From Macrostomum hystrix (Eukaryota; Animalia; Platyhelminthes): DNA of 64,000 nt. The DNA lies in the NCBI GenBank assembly GCA_950097015.1, contig CATNEN010000001.1, positions 2,480,001 to 2,544,000 of the forward strand, in the 5' to 3' direction. Each line of letters opens with the position of its first letter. Position 1 is the first letter of the stretch. Under the pieces are notes generated by a model. That model was not told the DNA's origin. It worked only from the letters and a program-made list of their open reading frames with translations, and did no database searches. Positions 59,148-64,000 of this stretch are shown here, one piece after another. A program made the position numbers and the translations under genes.

Positions 59148-62100
59148 GCTGACTTTGTGATTTACTTGTATCTACTTTGGTGTGTCATCAATCGACAAAT
59201 AATTCTGGAAAGAAGCAATATTGAAAAATATGATTACTGATTACTCCAATTCCAGATCTGCAACAGTAAATTAATTTCTAGGGCCGGGATCATTGCTCAT
59301 TACTTTAAAAAAATTACTTGTTTTGTGTCACTTAGTAATATAATAGAAGGATTTTTGGGCCCTGCATTTCTGTTTCAGATTGCTGTGGGTGGGGTTGACC
59401 CATATAGTTATAAACTGCACAATATACCTTCATGCCCTCACTTTGCAGCCTAAATAAATATGTCATGGTCACATATTTGAGCTGAATTTAGAGTTTTGTA
59501 ACATTTTCTAATGATGCATTGTGACTCAAAATAAAGTAATCATCATATTTACCAAGACACTTTTACTAAACTGTACTCGAAAGTATTTGACTTCACACCT
59601 ATATATTAAAAGAATGTAGGCCTACTCATAAAAAGTAGGTCTTTCAGGGTAAAAAGAGAGTTTTTTATGCTTTGGCCATACATAAAAACATAAGGACATA
59701 AATAAGCAGTGGGTTTTTGTTTGCCAGTTTTTTGTTATTTTCATCAATGTATACCATTTTATCTGCTACAGCATGAATTTTGACTTTCTGTCTAAAAAAC
59801 TAGTGCATTTACATTTTTAGGAAAGATTTGACCTATGTGGAATAATAAATAAGATAAGAAATATTTTAGCAACACAATATTGTAGGTGTATGCACGATGT
59901 CTTGTGCAAGACAGAAACAAGCTATTGTATTTCACAGAACAACTATTTTGAATGTCAATGAAATTATTTACAAGCTACAGCATGACATGCAATGAAGCAT
60001 TAAAAGGAAAGAAAGATATGGATGTTTCAGTAGAAATTTTTATCACAAAAGCATACTTTTTAACAGCATTTTTTCAGCATGTACTTTAGAATAAGATTGT
60101 ATGTGGTTGCTTTCCAATTAAATTACCATAAATTTAGTGATTTATAGAGCATGAAAAATGCTTTCAAATGACATAATTCATGATAGATCACTCCTTAAAA
60201 TAAGATTAAACCACTCACTCAAATTTTAAAACTGAACATCAAATTCTCTGTTTGGTTTGAAGATACATGAAAATCATCATTTGGTTTTAGATGAAAAACA
60301 TGAATAACTTTTTTCTAATTTGACAAAATTGCAAAAGTAGATACTATTTAGAAAGACAAAACAGTTTTCTATAACTTGGCTTTTGATTTATCATGATATC
60401 TTAAATAGAAAATCTGTAGCTTAGGTTTGAAGTTCAAAAAAATGCATATTCTTGTTTGGTTGATAATACATTAGGCCCTACCCTAATTTATAATTAGTAG
60501 CGAGGCTATATCATTAGGCCTAGCAATTATGTATTTTTTATATTCTGATACATAATACTGACTGTTAAGGGCAATTTGTAGCATATTCAGTCTGATAGAC
60601 AAGAGAGGCTAGGCCTACCTGCTGCTACTTTGTTAGGGAACATTTCTTAGAAATATTATTCTGTGAAATCTAATAGTTTTGTCTTAATTCACCAATGCGC
60701 CAAGTCAGTAAAAGTTAAAATGGACTAGACAGAGAAGTTTATGGAGGAGACAATGAATAGGCCTAGGTAGGCTATAAATAAATGTATCAGAGGAAGGAAA
60801 GAGTCAACATTTTACTGACAATAAGGTTCAGAATAATAACATTTAGAAATAGTGCAGTGATTGTCTAAAAGTTATTTAAAGAAATATTGAGAAAGAGAAT
60901 CAATGGAAGTAAAAGAATGAAAGCTTTAACCTAGATTCACTGACACTGGTAGGCTTAGGCCTATGCCAGTGAATAAAGACGGACTGAAAAGCTAACTGAA
61001 GAGTGACTAGAGAAGTCACTACTATTAATTTAAGAGCGATAAGAGAGATAAAGATTAAAAAAGAAGGATGAATAGTGATAAAGACTAATAAGGACTGATA
61101 AAAAGTACAAAATGAAAAAAATTGATAAAAAATGGCATAGGCCCTATCCAAAAATAATGCAGTAAGATATAAGTGCAAGTGATAGAAATGATAAATACTA
61201 GTTTTATTGAATAGTTTAATTCCAATTCCATATAAATACATAATGGTACCAATTTGAATTTGAAATAGAAAGTATATAACTAAAGATATATATATATGTT
61301 AACCAAAAGACAACTTTGCCATATATATGCCTATGCACTGTTCCCTGCACTCCTGCCTTTAATATGCAGGAGTAGCTCCTATTCCTCATTTTTATTCTAT
61401 TTTACAAGTTGTTTTATAAGGGCGTTAACACCTCCAAAGATTAAAACGGCATGATGAGACGATGAGTTCATAAATCATATGACTACTGCACCCAGTAGAA
61501 TTATCAGCTTAAAAATTCGAGTGTTACTGTGGTAGAAATAGCATTGAAATTCTCAATGGTTTCAAAAATTTTATGAATGGTTTCATAGTTTTACTGATGG
61601 CATAAAAACAAATGTAAGTTTTACCTTTACGAAAAAATCATTGTTAATATGAAATTAATTTTTATTGTAGTCGATATACATTAGTCAAAAGTTCGCATTT
61701 GAGTTTGCTAACCACGCCACATACGACAACTATAAATCCGCGAATGCGTATTTAACGTCAATACATCGGTCCTTGATTTTTCTAGATTGGGTTATTGAAA
61801 TTAAGTACTCAAACTCTGTATAAGATCAAATCCATGCCATCTCTCAAAAGCTATAGATTTTTTGCGCACCATTGCTACACCCTTCCTTTTTTATAAATCT
61901 TACTATAGAAAAACTGTCCGTGGCTTTCTGCTAATTCTTAGAGAACCTTCTTAAGGATGCTTTTAAATCTGTATCTAGGACGCATTTTCAAGCTTGTAAA
62001 GTCTAACTTTATACTATATTTTCAGTTTAGCAGAAAACTAAAGCGTTTGCTGTTTTGTTAATAAATGAGCATCATAAAGCATATTTTTATTATATTTTAG

Positions 62101-62814
62101 TTAATTCCAGACGCACATGTGAATGTATAGCTATTGTTTTTGTATTGTAGCTTTTATATTTGTACAATGTAGCAAAAATTAGTGATTTATTTATGGACCA
62201 ATATAGAGGAGTGTGCACATCTTAGATAGTTTACATGTACGGTTTAAATAATTATCTCGCTTTTCGTGTTGCTTTTAGTAGCTAGTGTAGCTAGTAAGCC
62301 TTGGCCATTTACCTTTCAGGGGGCTACTGCATGGAAAAAGAAGCAAAAATATCATTCTCGTTTGTGTATGTACTGCACTAAAGAACGCGATCCAAAGGCA
62401 TGCATGTGTAAACATGAGTAATATGCCATATTTCAAATAGACAGTTTTCGGAGTGCATTCTTTTAAAAGGTATTCTCTAGCCTCCCGCAAAAATGCAAAT
62501 TGAATACAACCGAGCATCATTAACGCGCTATAAATCTGAAAACGTTTCTTCTCCGCTGCCGAACAATAATGCACAAACTTCACCCTCCATCGGTGGACTA
62601 GACATATATATGAATATAGTCTTGAAATGCTGAATGTATTCAACTTTTATCATGGTTCAAAACTGCAGCCCTAAGACCCCATTGATGGGGTTATTTACGA
62701 GTAGAAGTGTATATATAAGACAGGACTGTGCGCGATGGCATTAAAGTTGATTAAACAAAACAAAAAACTACCAGTCAGCTCAAAGATAATTTATTCTCAA
62801 GCTTATCACAAGCT

Positions 62815-63225
62815 ATGCGTACAGTATTTCTGAGGCTGATTATCGTCTATTCGATAATAGGCGCGGCTGTTCATTTTACAGGTCTGTGTACTAGTATTAG
62901 CAAGATATTTTGTAGACTACTAGTACAGTACGAAGTGAAATGTAGCCTACGTCACTAATCCCCATACTTGTAACTCGATATTCGACCGCATGTTTTCACA
63001 GCCGCAAATTCCGACTGTCGTTCGAAGCACGACCGAGCTGTTAAATATCTGCAGCGAATTGGCATCAGTCTGAAGACACAAATGACGGAGGCCTACGGTT
63101 GTTCAACCAATCCTGACGGCTGCGTTTCTCTTGACAACATTCGATGCAACACACTCAATGGTTTGGCTTCGTTTAAACAGGCCAGCGGTTGTCCTGCTGT
63201 AGTCATTGTTGGCGGAACTGAACAG
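62815..63225 (+). CDS. Secreted protein, exons 1-2 (62815-62881, 63002-63225), continuing beyond the window; resembles a microbial Hedgehog/DD-peptidase-fold family
   Basis: TATATAAG at ~62710. Signal exon MRTVFLRLIIVYSIIGAAVHFT, phase-1 intron, then AANSDCRSKHDRAVKYLQRIGISLKTQMTEAYGCSTNPDGCVSLDNIRCNTLNGLASFKQASGCPAVVIVGGTEQ|gt. The window ends at a likely acceptor (ctaat...ttcgca). Not in the ORF track. Confidence 0.7.
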
Positions 63226-63429
63226 GTGATAATGAATTCTAGAACTTAAAACTGACTGCTCCAAATATGATATTTATAAACTATATTAGTCGCAGAGAAC
63301 ATTAACTCGTAGATCAGAGTGAACACGGCTGGTAGATCAGAGTGAACATGTTTGGTAGATCAGCCTGAGACGGAGTAAAACATGTATGATTGATTATCAT
63401 GTATCATGTAGGTATCATGTAGGTGTGAT

Positions 63430-63960
63430 TAATAGCAGGTGTGACAGACAGCAGGTGTGACAGATAGCAGGTGTGACAGATGAAATGCGTGACAGATGAA
63501 ATGCGTGACAGATGAAATGCGTGACAGATGAAATGCGTGACAGATGAAATGCGTGACAGATGAAAGGCGTGACAGATGAAATGCGTGACAGATGAAATGC
63601 ATGACAGATGAAATGCGTGACAGATAAAATGCGTGACAGATGAAATGCGTGACAGATGAAATGCGTGACAGATGAAATGCGTGACAGATGAAATGCGTGA
63701 CAGATGAAATGCGTGACAGATGAAATGCGTGACAGATGAAATGCGTGACAGATGAAATGCGTGACAGATAGCAGGATTGACAGATAGCAGGTGTGACAAA
63801 AGCAGGTGTGAAAGATAGCAGGTGTGACAGATAGCAGGTGTGACAGTTAGCAGGTGTGACAGATAAAACAGGTGTGACAGATAAAAACAGGTGTGACAGA
63901 TAAGAGGTGGGACAGATAGCAGGTGTGACAGATAATAGGTGCGACAGATGGCAGGTGTGA
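63430..63960. repeat. 16-bp minisatellite in intron 2 of the right-edge gene
   Basis: Unit gtgacagatgaaatgc. Confidence 0.93.
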
Positions 63961-64000
63961 AAAGCTGACTAATTCATGAAAGCGAATTTATCCATTCGCA

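Overview
Eukaryotic, intron-containing animal genomic DNA with AT-rich intergenic and intronic sequence and GC-richer exons. The gene content and very high minisatellite density suggest a free-living flatworm such as Macrostomum (inference only). Spliced gene models read by hand, in order: last exon of an RNase T2-like gene; BLOC1S5/Muted; two tandem i-type (destabilase) lysozymes; a TPMT-like methyltransferase; an orphan class-A GPCR; a GT31 beta-1,3-glycosyltransferase; a DEG/ENaC channel; MFSD3; an intron-containing tRNA-Tyr; RPLP1; an unknown intronless ORF; a 9-exon DHX34 carrying an intact Ty3/Gypsy (Mag-like) LTR retrotransposon in intron 5. At the right edge are the first two exons of a secreted protein missed by the ORF track that resembles an actinobacterial/fungal Hedgehog/DD-peptidase-fold family (candidate horizontal transfer). 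About 20 distinct minisatellite arrays and two tRNA-derived SINE families fill introns and gene flanks; most long repetitive ORFs in the track are artefacts of these arrays. Best leads: the candidate HGT secreted peptidase, a lysozyme with an unusual cationic Cys-rich N-terminal module, an inverted minisatellite pair enclosing two coding exons, and an LTR element whose gag ATG overlaps the primer-binding site. Family assignments come from recalled motifs, not database searches.
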